The notes under the pieces were generated by a model. It did no database searches. It was given only the letters and a program-made list of their open reading frames with translations, and was not told where the DNA came from. A program made the position numbers and the translations under genes. Shown in pieces: positions 9,377-19,508 of a DNA stretch of 64,000 nt. Position 1 is the stretch's first letter, and each line of letters begins with the position of its first letter. Where the stretch lies: positions 160,001 through 224,000 of the forward strand of contig CBDESU010000002.1 in the NCBI GenBank assembly GCA_965242695.1, in the 5' to 3' direction. Source of the DNA: Cenarchaeum sp. (GTDB lineage Archaea; Thermoproteota; Nitrososphaeria; Nitrososphaerales; Nitrosopumilaceae).

Positions 9377-12331
9377 CTACGAGTCCCAGAACCCGCGCGT
9401 GAGCACGTACCGCCGCTCGGCCTCGTATATCTGCCGGTACAGCCCGTCGCCGTCGTCCGCCATGTCGCGCAGTATGCGGGCGGCCGTGTCGGCCCCGATG
9501 CCGTACCCCGACAGCACGACCACGGCGGTGCGCCCGAACCCCTCGATCAGCGACGACGTCTTCCACGCCCGCGCCAGGCGGCGGCGCTCGTCGGCCGACA
9601 GGCGGCCGCCCCTGTGCCGCTTGCGGACAAGCCCCGGCAGGTCCAGGTCGGCCGGAAACGTCACGGCGATCTGCCTGCCGCGGCAGTGCGGGCATGCGAG
9701 GCGCTCGGGCACCTCGCTCGTCTTGCAGGCGAGCTGCCACCTGCCGCACCTTGCGCAGACGAGGCGGTGGCCGGTCCCGGCCAGCCGCTTCTTGATCATG
9801 TCCATGACCCCCTTGTCGATGCCGGCCGGCGAGGCGTGGTACCCCGAGGTGTGGTCGAGGATCGGCGCGGCCAGCCTCGAGAAGCGCCCCTCGACGTCGG
9901 CCCACTCGAGGATGGTCCGGCCGGCGCGGACGGAGTCGAGCACGCGGCCGGCGCCCTCCAGGTCGTACTTGTCGTGGAACAGCTCGCGGAGCGCCTCGGC
10001 GACTATGGGCGTGCCCGCGTACCGCTCGTGCAGGAACCGCGCAGCGCGCTGCTCGTAGACGGCCTGCCTGCCTACGATTCCAAACCTCTTGCACACGCAC
10101 CACACGCGCCAGTTGACGTTGTGCGTGCCGGCCAGCGAGGCCGAGACCGCATCGGCAAGGTCGTACGTGTCGGAGAGGACGGCGAGCAGGCGGCCGCGCG
10201 TCATCCTCGCCTGCGATACGAGCGCGATGCGGTACGCGTCAGAGCGCGCCTCGACCGCCTGGCCCAGCGTGGCCGACAGCATCGACGAGAGGAGGGCCGC
10301 GAGCGTGGAGTTGATCCTCGTGCCGAGGCAGGCGTGGAGGACGACGGCGCCGTCGGCGCGCGACGACTCTGCAAGTATCGCATCGGGGGGAGGGGATGGC
10401 CCCCCGCCGCCCGGCTCGGGGGCGGCATCCGCGGCGGGAGGGGGATCCGAGGGGAGGGGGGCGCCGGCATCGGCGGGGGAGGGGTCGGGCGCCGGCAGGG
10501 CCACTGCGCCGCCCGATGCCATCTCGATCTCGCCGGCCCTCGCGCGCCGCCGGAGCCGGGCGACGCGGCGGGCCGTCTCGTAGTCTACCGGGATGCTCTC
10601 GCCCTCCCAGTAGGGCACGGTCACGCCGCCGGCGCGGAAGGGCTCCACGTTGACCGCAAGCGACTTTTCGTCCACGTTGACGATGCGCCAGTGCGAGCCC
10701 CTCAGGACAAAGACGCTCCCCTGCTCGCCGTGCTCGCCGACGAACCGCTGGTCCAGCGTCCCGATGAACCTGCGCCCCGCCGTGTCTATGACGCGGAACC
10801 GAAGTATGTCGGGTATGGTCGACAGGTTCTCGTAGTAGTACCGCAGCGACCGCGGCGCCGCCGAGAACGAGCCGGCCGCAGGGTCGAGGCGCACCAGCGA
10901 GGAGCGTGCGAGCAGGCCGAGCACTGCGAGCAGCTCGTCCCGGGTCGTCGAGCGGAACGGAAAGGCCGCGCGGGCCAGGCGCAGCGCCTCGTCGACGCCG
11001 ACGGCGCGGCCGAGCTGCAGCGCAAGCCCGACCATGTGGTGCGCCAGGACGTCCAGGACCCCGTCGTGGACGCGCTGCTCCTCGATCGAGCCGGCCGCGA
11101 CCCTGCCCATTATCGCCCTCGCCTCGTACTCGTCGTCGGCGCTGTTCGTAATGACCAGGCCGCGCGCCGACAGGCGGCGGGCGTGCCGGCTGCGTCCTAT
11201 GCGCTGCACCAGCTTTGAGACCTGCCGCGGCGAGCCGTAGTGCACGACGAGCTCGACCGAGCCGATGTCGAGCCCGAGCTCGAGCGAGGACGTGCAGACG
11301 ACGATGCCGCGCCGGCCCGCCTTGAGCGACTCCTCGGTCTCCTCGCGCACGCCGCGCGAGAGCGAGCCGTGGTGCATCTCTATGGGCAGGCCTGACCGGT
11401 CCCGGAGGGCCGACGCCATGAACTCGGCCTCGCCCCTGCTGTTGGCAAACAGTAGGACGGGCGAGTCCAGGCGCATCGCCTCGACGCGCGATGCGATCTC
11501 CGAGGCCACGTCCGCGGCCGACCCCTGCACGTACCTGATCTCGACGTCGTACCTGCGCACCGACCGGTCGCGGACCACGCGGCACTTCCTGCGCGCGCCG
11601 GCGACGAACTTTGCCGCGTCCACCGTGTTGCCGACCGTCGCCGACAGCCCGATGCGCGCGATGTCGCGGCCGGACGCGAGGGCGAGCCGCTCGAGGCTCA
11701 CGGACAGCTGCGCGCCGCGCTCGCTTGCGAGCAGCTCGTGGACCTCGTCGATGACGACCCACTCCAGGGCCGCAAAGGCTGCTAGCATGCGCTCCTGCAC
11801 GAGCATGACGACGAGCGACTCGGGCGTTGTAATCAGCACGTCGGGCGGCCGCTCCGCTATGCGGCGGCGGAGCCGCTGCGGGGTGTCGCCGTGCCTCACC
11901 TCGACGGAAAGGCCGGCGGCGGCGGCGTACGCCGTGACGCGGCGCAGCACGTCGCGGTTCAGGGCCCGAAGCGGCGTGACGTACAGGGCGCCGACGGTTC
12001 GGGCCGCGCCGGCGGATCGGGCGCGGCCGGCGCGCGCCCTTCCCAGGCGCTCAAAGATGGGCACCACGGCGCACTCGGTCTTGCCCGAGCCCGTCGGGGC
12101 CACGACGAGAACGTCCCGCTTCTGGTGTATGGCCGGCGAGGCGCGGCGCTGTATCTCGGTCAGCTCGGAAAAGCCGAGCGACGCAAAGGCGGCCGCCAGG
12201 CGGCCGTCAGGCGCGCGCCCTTTTCCTGCCGCGCCTGCCGCTCCCCTTGCCACCGGGGCCACCGTCCCTGCCGCCCCTGCCGGCTTCCTGGTCCGCCTCG
12301 CGGCCGGCCGAGCCCGGGGCGGCGCCCGCAT
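9377..12331 (-). CDS. lhr: Lhr-like ATP-dependent DEAD/DEAH helicase
   Basis: APTGSGKT, DEVH, GLSAT, HHGSLS, SSLELGLDIG and QRIGRS motifs, C-terminal CxxC-CxxC. Start may be GTG at ~12253. Confidence 0.93.
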   Translation of the reverse strand: MRAPPRARPAARRTRKPAGAAGTVAPVARGAAGAAGKGRAPDGRLAAAFASLGFSELTEIQRRASPAIHQKRDVLVVAPTGSGKTECAVVPIFERLGRARAGRARSAGAARTVGALYVTPLRALNRDVLRRVTAYAAAAGLSVEVRHGDTPQRLRRRIAERPPDVLITTPESLVVMLVQERMLAAFAALEWVVIDEVHELLASERGAQLSVSLERLALASGRDIARIGLSATVGNTVDAAKFVAGARRKCRVVRDRSVRRYDVEIRYVQGSAADVASEIASRVEAMRLDSPVLLFANSRGEAEFMASALRDRSGLPIEMHHGSLSRGVREETEESLKAGRRGIVVCTSSLELGLDIGSVELVVHYGSPRQVSKLVQRIGRSRHARRLSARGLVITNSADDEYEARAIMGRVAAGSIEEQRVHDGVLDVLAHHMVGLALQLGRAVGVDEALRLARAAFPFRSTTRDELLAVLGLLARSSLVRLDPAAGSFSAAPRSLRYYYENLSTIPDILRFRVIDTAGRRFIGTLDQRFVGEHGEQGSVFVLRGSHWRIVNVDEKSLAVNVEPFRAGGVTVPYWEGESIPVDYETARRVARLRRRARAGEIEMASGGAVALPAPDPSPADAGAPLPSDPPPAADAAPEPGGGGPSPPPDAILAESSRADGAVVLHACLGTRINSTLAALLSSMLSATLGQAVEARSDAYRIALVSQARMTRGRLLAVLSDTYDLADAVSASLAGTHNVNWRVWCVCKRFGIVGRQAVYEQRAARFLHERYAGTPIVAEALRELFHDKYDLEGAGRVLDSVRAGRTILEWADVEGRFSRLAAPILDHTSGYHASPAGIDKGVMDMIKKRLAGTGHRLVCARCGRWQLACKTSEVPERLACPHCRGRQIAVTFPADLDLPGLVRKRHRGGRLSADERRRLARAWKTSSLIEGFGRTAVVVLSGYGIGADTAARILRDMADDGDGLYRQIYEAERRYVLTRGFWDS

Positions 12332-12470
12332 CGTCGGCCTCGGCGGCGGCAGGCCCCTCTTCCTGCTGGGCCGCGCGGGCCCTTGACCGCTCGTACACCA
12401 TTATGCCGACGAGCCCCACCGCAAAGAGCGTCACCGCTATAGCCGGTATGGAGTCGAATATGCCAGCCAC
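12207..12470 (-). CDS. Small single-pass membrane protein
   Basis: GTG start after a TTTAA box; reads AGIFDSIPAIAVTLFAVGLVGIMVYERSR with one TM helix and a charged tail. Confidence 0.55.
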   Translation of the reverse strand: MAGIFDSIPAIAVTLFAVGLVGIMVYERSRARAAQQEEGPAAAEADDAGAAPGSAGREADQEAGRGGRDGGPGGKGSGRRGRKRARA

Positions 12471-12505
12471 GTTGCGCGGCCCGCGCCGGCCGTTAAATAG
12501 ATTGG

Positions 12506-13378
12506 TCACGGCGGGGATGGGGGCCGGGCGGATGTCGCGGCATGCGGCAGGCGGGCCGCGGGCCCCGCGCCGCCCGGCGGCCCCGCCCCAGGCTCCCGGC
12601 CGCCCCCCTCGCAGAGGACGGGCGGCAGGGAGGGATCCCGCTCCTCCAGCCCCGTGTCCGTGATCCGAAAGGCGAACCGCGACAGGGCTCCGAGGGTTGC
12701 AAGCGAGCCCGACGTCCAGCCCGAGTCGGGGCCCGCGCCCGGATCGAGCCGCATCCGCGCGTGCGCGAGCAGCGAGACGGCGGCGCCGAGGCTCTCGACC
12801 CACCTTTCTGTGCCGTCGCCCGCCGAGCGCACCGAGTTGGTCGCCAGCACTGCCGCCCCCTCCCTTGACGCCGCGGCAGACAGGCCCCTTGCATACGCGG
12901 AAAACTGCCGGTGCCGGGCGGCGCCTCGGCGGCGGGCGGGCGGGCGCCTCTGCTCGCGCAGGTCGAACTCGAACGTAAAAAGATCGGTGAGGCCGTCGAC
13001 TATGGCCAGGTCGAAGCCTGCCATGCGGTCGACGGCCTGCATCTGCTCTGCCGTGCCCGCGACGCGGAATACGGCTATCCGATCCAGCAGCCTGCCCGGC
13101 CCGGCGGCCCCGGCTGCTCCCAGCCCCCTGGCCATCTCGAGCACCCGCTCGGGCCGGAACTCGCCCTTTGCGTCCACGAACAGCACGCGCCGTCCGGCCG
13201 ACGCGGCGCTAGCGCATGCCCTGTACGCCAGCTGCGTCTTGCCCGACGCGGGCGGGCCGTACACGTCTGCCACGATGCCGCGCCGGAGGCCGCCGCCGAG
13301 CGGGCCGTCGATCCCCCCAATGCCGAACTGCGCGACCGCCTCTTCGCCGCCGCTGCCCGCTTCCACGTGCACGGCCAT
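12506..13378 (-). CDS. RadB/Rad51-like RecA-family ATPase
   Basis: GIDGPLGGGLRRGIVADVYGPPASGKTQL, VLFVDAKGEFRPERV, LAIVDGLT and VLATN motifs; start set at ATG 13378. Confidence 0.85.
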   Translation of the reverse strand: MAVHVEAGSGGEEAVAQFGIGGIDGPLGGGLRRGIVADVYGPPASGKTQLAYRACASAASAGRRVLFVDAKGEFRPERVLEMARGLGAAGAAGPGRLLDRIAVFRVAGTAEQMQAVDRMAGFDLAIVDGLTDLFTFEFDLREQRRPPARRRGAARHRQFSAYARGLSAAASREGAAVLATNSVRSAGDGTERWVESLGAAVSLLAHARMRLDPGAGPDSGWTSGSLATLGALSRFAFRITDTGLEERDPSLPPVLCEGGGREPGAGPPGGAGPAARLPHAATSARPPSPP

Positions 13379-13436
13379 GCGCGGCGCCTTATCGCCGTTG
13401 CGGGTTGCGCTACGGGCAGGACGGCAGGCAGGCGCG

Positions 13437-13703
13437 GCAGAGGCCGTGCGGCTGGCAGCTGGAACCCGCCCGGCCGATGCCCCGGTGCTCGCAGGCGGCA
13501 CGGGCGCGGCAGAGGCCGTGCGGCTGGCAGCTGGAACCTGCTCAAGGCACAGCCACGCGCAGAACGGGCACCGGGTGCAGCAGAGGCCGTACGGCTGGCA
13601 GCTGGAACCTGCCCGGCCGATGCATGCCAAGCCGGAGTGCGGCATGATGCTTGGGGGACACGCCCTCCGGTAGCAGGAGCCTGCCCGGCCGATGCATGCC
13701 AAG
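13437..13703. repeat. 30-bp repeat at a period of ~72 bp (3 clear copies, 1 degenerate)
   Basis: GCAGAGGCCGTRCGGCTGGCAGCTGGAACC at 13437, 13509 and 13580, separated by 41-42 bp of partly unique sequence. Confidence 0.8.
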
Positions 13704-13894
13704 GAGGCTGGTGCGGGGCGGCCCGCATCCATCATGGCTCCCTAGAACGGCGATCGGACAGTCACGCCTCGCACCGCAGGGGCCGCCCGCATCGGATCCT
13801 GGCAAGCCCGGCGGAGGTGGCGAGGCACGCATGCAGCCACCGCGCGGCGGGGCGCCTGTCTGCGCCCGCACCCGCGCGCATGCGGGGCGTTCGG

Positions 13895-14271
13895 GCAGGT
13901 AGCCGCCCCTAGCCGGCAGGGGCAGGGGCCGCGGAACGGCGCAGGTAGCCGCGAGCGGCATGGACTCGGGCAAGGGCGGCATCGGGCTCAGGGGCAGGGG
14001 CCGCGGAACGGCGCAGGTAGCCGCCCCTAGCCGGCAGGGGCAGGGGCAGGGGCCGCGGAACGGCGCAGGTAGCCGCCCCTAGCCGGCAGGGGCAGGGGCA
14101 GGGGCCGCGGAACGGCGCAGGTAGCCGCCCCTAGCCGGCAGGGGCAGGGGCAGGGGCCGCGGAACGGCGCAGGTAGCCGCCCCTAGCCGGCAGGGGCAGG
14201 GGCAGGGGCCGCGGAACGGCGCAGGTAGCCGCCCCTAGCCGGCAGGGGCAGGGGCCGCGGAACGGCGCAGG
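13895..14271. repeat. G-rich 52-bp (46-bp variant) tandem repeat, about 7 copies
   Basis: Unit GCAGGTAGCCGCCCCTAGCCG-GCAGGG(x2-3)-GCCGCGGAACGGC starts at 13895, 13941, 14013, 14065, 14117, 14169 and 14221. Confidence 0.93.
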
Positions 14272-14307
14272 CAAGCCTTTTAAAGCGGGCGGCTCGGCGC
14301 CGGCCGG

Positions 14308-14559
14308 GTGAACGACGAGACTAGATCGCGCGCCGAGAGGCCGCTGACGACCCTGCAGCGAAGCACCGACAAGAGGGTGACGGTGTGCCTCAAGAACGAG
14401 GTCGAGTACAGGGGCAGGATCGCCAGCGTCGACTCGTACATGAACCTGATCATGGCGGACGCCGAAGAGATCGTAGAGGGAAAGACGGTCGCCAGCTACG
14501 GCAGGGCCATACTGCGCGGCAACAACGTGCTGTTCATACGGCTCGAGAACGAGCTGTGA
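14308..14559 (+). CDS. Sm-like (LSm/SmAP) RNA-binding protein
   Basis: [26 protein letters not shown] (Sm1) and ILRGNNV (Sm2); TTTTTAAA box about 25 bp upstream. Confidence 0.95.
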   Translation: MNDETRSRAERPLTTLQRSTDKRVTVCLKNEVEYRGRIASVDSYMNLIMADAEEIVEGKTVASYGRAILRGNNVLFIRLENEL

Positions 14560-14587
14560 GCGGGGGCAACGACGGCGGCGGTACGCG

Positions 14588-15751
14588 ATGCCACGCACAT
14601 ACCTGTTTACGTCAGAGTCGGTAACCGAGGGGCACCCCGACAAGCTGTGCGACCTCGTGTCCGACTCGCTCCTTGACGAGTACATCAGGCGGGATCCCGA
14701 CTCGCGCGTCGCGATCGAGTCGATGGCCACCACGGGCCACATCATGGTCGCCGGCGAGGTCTCGTCAAAGGCCGAGTTTGGCAGGAGCGCGCAGGAAGAG
14801 ACGGTCCGCGCCGCCATACGGAAGGTCGGGTACGACGACCCCGCCCTCATGTTCGACGCCGGCTCGTGCACGGCCGACCTGCGCATACACGCGCAGAGCC
14901 CCGACATCAGCCGCGGCGTCGCGCCGGCGGGCCCCGACGACAAGCAGGGGGCAGGCGACCAGGGCCTCATGTTCGGCTACGCCTGCGACGAGACGGAGCA
15001 GATGATGCCGCTGCCGATACAGCTCGCCCATGCGCTGACGAGGAGGCTCGCCGACGAGCGCAAGTCCGGCGGCCTGCCGTGGGCCAGGCCGGACGGCAAG
15101 GCGCAGGCGTCGGTCCTGTACAGGGACGGCAGGCCCGAATCGGTCAAGACCGTCGTCGTCTCGACGCAGCACGCCCCGGATGCGTCAAACGAGCGGATAC
15201 GCAGGGACGTAATCGACCGGGTCGTCAGGCCCGCGTGCGGCGACCTGTGGAGCGACGAGATTGCCATACACGTCAACCCGACGGGCCGCTTCGAGATCGG
15301 CGGGCCGCACGGCGACACGGGGCTGACCGGCCGCAAGATCATCGTCGACACGTACGGGGGGTTTGGGCGGCACGGCGGCGGGGCGTTCTCGGGAAAGGAC
15401 CCCTCAAAGGTCGACCGCTCGGCGTGCTACATGTGCAGGTACGTCGCCAAGAATATCGTCGCCGCCGGCCTGGCGCGCCGCTGCGAGGTGCAGGTAGCGT
15501 ACGCCATCGGCGTGCCCAAGCCGGTCTCGCTCATGGTCGACGCGTTCGGCACCGGGGCCGTCCCCGAGGAGCGCATCGAGGAGATCGTGCGCGGGCAGTT
15601 CGACATGACCCCGTCGGGGATAATAGCGCAGCTCGACCTCAAGAGGCCCGTGTACGCCGAGACGGCCGCGTACGGGCACTTTGGCCGCGAGGGCTTTTCG
15701 TGGGAGCGGACCGACCGCGCCGCATCCCTCCGTGAGGCGGCCGGCCCCTAG
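14588..15751 (+). CDS. metK: S-adenosylmethionine synthetase, bacterial/eukaryotic type
   Basis: [41 protein letters not shown] and TAAYGHFG motifs. Confidence 0.98.
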   Translation: MPRTYLFTSESVTEGHPDKLCDLVSDSLLDEYIRRDPDSRVAIESMATTGHIMVAGEVSSKAEFGRSAQEETVRAAIRKVGYDDPALMFDAGSCTADLRIHAQSPDISRGVAPAGPDDKQGAGDQGLMFGYACDETEQMMPLPIQLAHALTRRLADERKSGGLPWARPDGKAQASVLYRDGRPESVKTVVVSTQHAPDASNERIRRDVIDRVVRPACGDLWSDEIAIHVNPTGRFEIGGPHGDTGLTGRKIIVDTYGGFGRHGGGAFSGKDPSKVDRSACYMCRYVAKNIVAAGLARRCEVQVAYAIGVPKPVSLMVDAFGTGAVPEERIEEIVRGQFDMTPSGIIAQLDLKRPVYAETAAYGHFGREGFSWERTDRAASLREAAGP

Positions 15752-16658
15752 CGGCGGCGCGCGGCCCCTCCAGCACGTCGCGGAACGGCGGCAGGCCCGA
15801 GAGGCGGCGCAGCCTCGCATGGTCGCCCGTAAAGCCGCCGACGAGAATATTCAGGTCGTCGGGGCCGTACGCGTACGACGGGTCGGTGACGGCGGCTCGG
15901 TACGCGTCGGCGAGCGGAACGGTCCGCAGCGCGGCGCCCGGAGGGGCGAGCCGGCCGGCCAGGCGCCGGTAGGACGCGATGCGGGGCCCGACAAGGTCCG
16001 CCGTGCGGCCGGCAAGCCGGCTGCCCGACAGGGCAGACAGGACGGCAGCACAGGCGTCGGCTATGTGGACGGGCTGCGTCGCGTGGGGGCCCGACCCCGG
16101 CACGAGGACGGCGCCGTGCCGGCGCGCCTGGCCCGCCAGGCCTCGCGAGAGGGGGTCGGACGGGCATCCGGCGCCCACGGTTCCGACTATGAACGACGGG
16201 CGCAGGACGGTGCATCTGGCAACCTGCGATGCCAGGGCCCGCTCGGCGGCGTACTTTGATGCAAAGTAGGGCGTTGTTGCCCGGGCCGACGCGCCAAGGC
16301 CGCTCAGGTACACGGCGTGCCCGACGCCGGCCTTGCGGCACGCGGCGGCAACGCGCCGCGCGATCCCCTCGTTCGACTCCGAGTACGGCGCGGCGCCGGC
16401 GGCTGCGGGGGCGAGCCGCCCGGCGCCGGCCAGGTGCACCAGTGCCGAGCATCCCTCGAGGGCGCCGGCAAGATCGCCCGTGTCGTAGCCGCCAGCCGCG
16501 AATGCAGTCTCGGAGGGCAGCATGGTACGAAGGGGGCGGCGCGAGACGCACAGGGCGCGGATGCCGGCGCGGCCGAGCACAGTTCGCAGGCTGCGCGCCA
16601 CGTAGCCGCTAGCGCCGGTGACGGCCACGGTGCCCATGTTTGGGCGGCTGCGGGCCAT
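15639..16658 (-). CDS. NAD-dependent epimerase/dehydratase (SDR family)
   Basis: [26 protein letters not shown] (YxxxK) and LRPSFIVG motifs; 3' end overlaps the end of metK. Confidence 0.85.
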   Translation of the reverse strand: MARSRPNMGTVAVTGASGYVARSLRTVLGRAGIRALCVSRRPLRTMLPSETAFAAGGYDTGDLAGALEGCSALVHLAGAGRLAPAAAGAAPYSESNEGIARRVAAACRKAGVGHAVYLSGLGASARATTPYFASKYAAERALASQVARCTVLRPSFIVGTVGAGCPSDPLSRGLAGQARRHGAVLVPGSGPHATQPVHIADACAAVLSALSGSRLAGRTADLVGPRIASYRRLAGRLAPPGAALRTVPLADAYRAAVTDPSYAYGPDDLNILVGGFTGDHARLRRLSGLPPFRDVLEGPRAAARGRPPHGGMRRGRSAPTKSPRGQSARTRPSRRTRAS

Positions 16659-17137
16659 GGCGCCGCCGCGCAGGGGCGCCCTAAAGCGCTTGCGAGGCGG
16701 ATGGGACGGCGGATTTTGGCACGGTACAAATGAGGCCCACGACGGTGCCGTGGCATTGAAGCATGCGATACTGGCCCGCAAAAAATTTATCAAGGCGGGC
16801 TCGTTGCCGCATGCATTGAAATCCGGCCATTCCCACACGGGACGCGGCACTACAGTCCTGCGCCGGCGTGTGCCGGCATGCCGATCGCACCATACAGGGG
16901 CGCGCGTTCATGAGTATCCATGCCGCCATGCGGGACCAACACAGGCTGGGCTTGTCGCGCCGGGCATGCATAGACGTAGGTCTCGCATTGAAGCCAAGCT
17001 ACGGCGCCGCTTGCCACAACTTTGTACGGTTAGAGACGAGGATCGTTGCCAGCGCCTGCACTCCCACACCCATGAGCATGCGGCTACGGCACTAGAATCT
17101 ACTCTGAGCGCCAGTCAACGGGGAGGAAGATCATAGA

Positions 17138-18130
17138 TTGGACGCCGGCGACAACACAAATGCGCCCGAAGGGTTCTCGTGTGCCAGTTGCGGGTCCAGT
17201 TCAAAGCCGTACATGTCCGAAGTGGAGGGCACGGGAACTGGCGGGCAGAAGGCGCCTACCGGCATGAGGGTTGGCATGTGCCCCGACTGCGGTAACGTAA
17301 CGATCTGGGACGAAAACAGGCAGGTGTATCCAGCCCGCCGCCCCCCGCTCAGGTCGTATGCGATACCCGTAGACAAGGTCAAGGACGGAGTGCAGCTGTG
17401 CGGCGTCAAGGTGGCGCACCTGCTACAAGATACAGAGATGCTGTGTCATGCAGGAGGGCACGAGGCCACGGCCATCTTCCTTTACACAGTCGCCTTGGAA
17501 GAGTTCGGCAAGGCACTGCTTCTCAGGGATCTGCTTGGCAAGGAATCGGCGGACTCGACCATCCGCGTGCCGGGAGGATATTTTGCCGGCCCGTCAGCGC
17601 ACAGGAAAAAAATCGACAGGGCAATGCACCACCTGCCGCCCGAATGCATCCAGTTTATGGAGTTTGACATGGTAGGCGGCAATGGCGGCAGTCCTATAGC
17701 TGCATCCATTGCAGGGGAGTGTAGTGCGGCGATACGCCAGATCGAGAGATCGTCTAGAAGGATACTAGCATCAGGCGGGCAGGCGAAGGGGTACAGCGTT
17801 GAGGAAAACGCGCACATAATGGCCGCCGAAGGTGATCAAGTGGGCAGCGTGTCAGGGGCCCGCACGCGCGGGCAGGCTCGCTACGACGAACGGACTCGGT
17901 ACAGCAGAATGTACATCAATTGGAGCGACAAGGGCAGGTACTGGAATGTCCGTGACACGATCGGCCCTCTCCGCATCACCGTGTGCGATGACGACGCTGC
18001 GTTCGGTGTAAAAGTCGACAGGGGGGGACAAGTGGGGTACCCGAGGGGACTGATCGAGGCAATCCGGGTATTCAGGAAGCATCTTGACAAATCGGGCATT
18101 CTGGAGCCGGTGCCGCCAGAAGAAACGTAG
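17138..18130 (+). CDS. AbiV-family (HEPN-like) protein with an N-terminal Zn ribbon
   Basis: CASC...CPDC Zn ribbon, then TAIFLYTVALEEFGKALLL and SAHRKK, which match the AbiV EExGK / HxxK pattern; lower GC than the core genes. Confidence 0.7.
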   Translation: MDAGDNTNAPEGFSCASCGSSSKPYMSEVEGTGTGGQKAPTGMRVGMCPDCGNVTIWDENRQVYPARRPPLRSYAIPVDKVKDGVQLCGVKVAHLLQDTEMLCHAGGHEATAIFLYTVALEEFGKALLLRDLLGKESADSTIRVPGGYFAGPSAHRKKIDRAMHHLPPECIQFMEFDMVGGNGGSPIAASIAGECSAAIRQIERSSRRILASGGQAKGYSVEENAHIMAAEGDQVGSVSGARTRGQARYDERTRYSRMYINWSDKGRYWNVRDTIGPLRITVCDDDAAFGVKVDRGGQVGYPRGLIEAIRVFRKHLDKSGILEPVPPEET

Positions 18131-18175
18131 AAGCACAGAATTAGGGCCAATGGAAGGCCGTCCGCGCATCGCGAA

Positions 18176-19156
18176 TCATGCATGCAACAAGCAGCACACG
18201 GAATCGGCGTTCTTCACAACGCCGCCAGCCTTGTGGGTTGCTGAAAAATGAAGGCTCTTTTCGCCGCCCCGCCATGTCTCGTTCACTGTGACTAGATCGT
18301 CGCACACAAGCCCGAACGATGCTCCTCGTACAAACATTACGCTGCGAGCCGCTTGCGACTCCGCGGCATATGCACCAGGTGGTCGCGCGGCAAAGGATGG
18401 CCTGGCAACTAGCAGAATTCCGTCGTACTCCCTGATACAGCCCGACGTCGCCTCTTGGGATTCGCCAGTCTCTCCTCCAAATTCAGGGTCTGTGGCAAGA
18501 TCACGCAGTGCTTTTGCGGTAGTGTAACAGACGAGCCTGCCGTCATCGAACCCATGGCTGGCCATCATAGACTTGGCGGCGCGGAGTCCCTTGCATGTCA
18601 GGCCGGAGGCCGGATGGCGCGGCGGATCCTCGATTCCGCAACCTGTGGCGCCGTCGATCCAGTGCGGTGCTTGCCGCCCGCCAGCAGTAGAGTCGGCCTT
18701 CGCACCGCCGCCGCAAGCGATCCCAAGCAGCACCTCCGCCTCGTCCTCAAGCGATCGCTGTAGGTACGCGTAGACCATCCTGTCGCTAAGCTCGGAGTGA
18801 TCCCGCGGCGGATCTTTTACCACGAGGTGGGGGAGGCTACGCGATTCGGCATATCCGCTCCTAGTGACAAATGTGGCTGTCGGGATGGGATCGCCGCCGC
18901 CTTCATCAAGCGGGACGAACTCCAGCCCATCAATCGAGTAGAACGTGGACTTGTCTTCATCGGGTTCCAAGAATCGGGTCTCGCTGAACTGACGTATCGG
19001 AACCACAGCGTTCCGACAGCCTAGTGCCTCCCCAAACGAGTCTGCTACCGGCACGCTCGCGACGCTGAAGCCGCGCCATGATCGCCTGAGCGCGGCCGGG
19101 CTGTGCCTGATGTACGAGGCCTTCTTGTACTGCTCGGAGACCGCCATCGCAATCAC
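18176..19156 (-). CDS. Putative HK97-fold major capsid-like protein (orphan)
   Basis: About 325 aa with a capsid-like order of motifs: SGLTCKGLRAAKSMM, LVCYTTAKALRDLATDPEF, GCIREYDGILLV, RSVMFVRGASFGL, and terminal strands HFSATHKAGGVVKNADSVC. TATA-like ATATATA about 25 bp upstream. Confidence 0.55.
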   Translation of the reverse strand: MIAMAVSEQYKKASYIRHSPAALRRSWRGFSVASVPVADSFGEALGCRNAVVPIRQFSETRFLEPDEDKSTFYSIDGLEFVPLDEGGGDPIPTATFVTRSGYAESRSLPHLVVKDPPRDHSELSDRMVYAYLQRSLEDEAEVLLGIACGGGAKADSTAGGRQAPHWIDGATGCGIEDPPRHPASGLTCKGLRAAKSMMASHGFDDGRLVCYTTAKALRDLATDPEFGGETGESQEATSGCIREYDGILLVARPSFAARPPGAYAAESQAARSVMFVRGASFGLVCDDLVTVNETWRGGEKSLHFSATHKAGGVVKNADSVCCLLHA

Positions 19157-19508
19157 CGCTCGGCGCCGTCCTGTCAGATATATATTGTACGCACGCAGCT
19201 ATTCCAGTCCGCGCCGCATGAGCTCAGGTCCCCCATCAGTGTGACGCCTAGCCCGGCGCAGACCCACCGGCATCTTGGCGGCGTACCGCATGGCATGCGT
19301 TCCGCCTAGGACGGCAGGCATCGCCGTGCGATCGCCGAGTGGTTTGCAGGGAAGTGGTGGAGGGGCCGGATGCGGACGCGCTGCCGGCGGGCATGGGCCG
19401 GCTACGCCGCACGGCGCTAGCCTAAGCGCCGTTCTGCGCCAGCATGATGCTTGATAGAGGCCGCTTGGCAGGGGAAGCAACGGCTAGGAATGGGCATTTG
19501 GTGATCGG

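Noticed and set aside
13437-13703. Formal CRISPR array call (also considered for 63805-63965)
   Set aside because: Only three good repeats, partly shared spacers, no leader and no cas genes; kept only as low-interest findings.
14588-15751. Bacterial-type MetK in an archaeon as a novel horizontal transfer
   Set aside because: To my knowledge this type is the normal one in this archaeal lineage. It has host-like GC and sits in a core operon with Sm.
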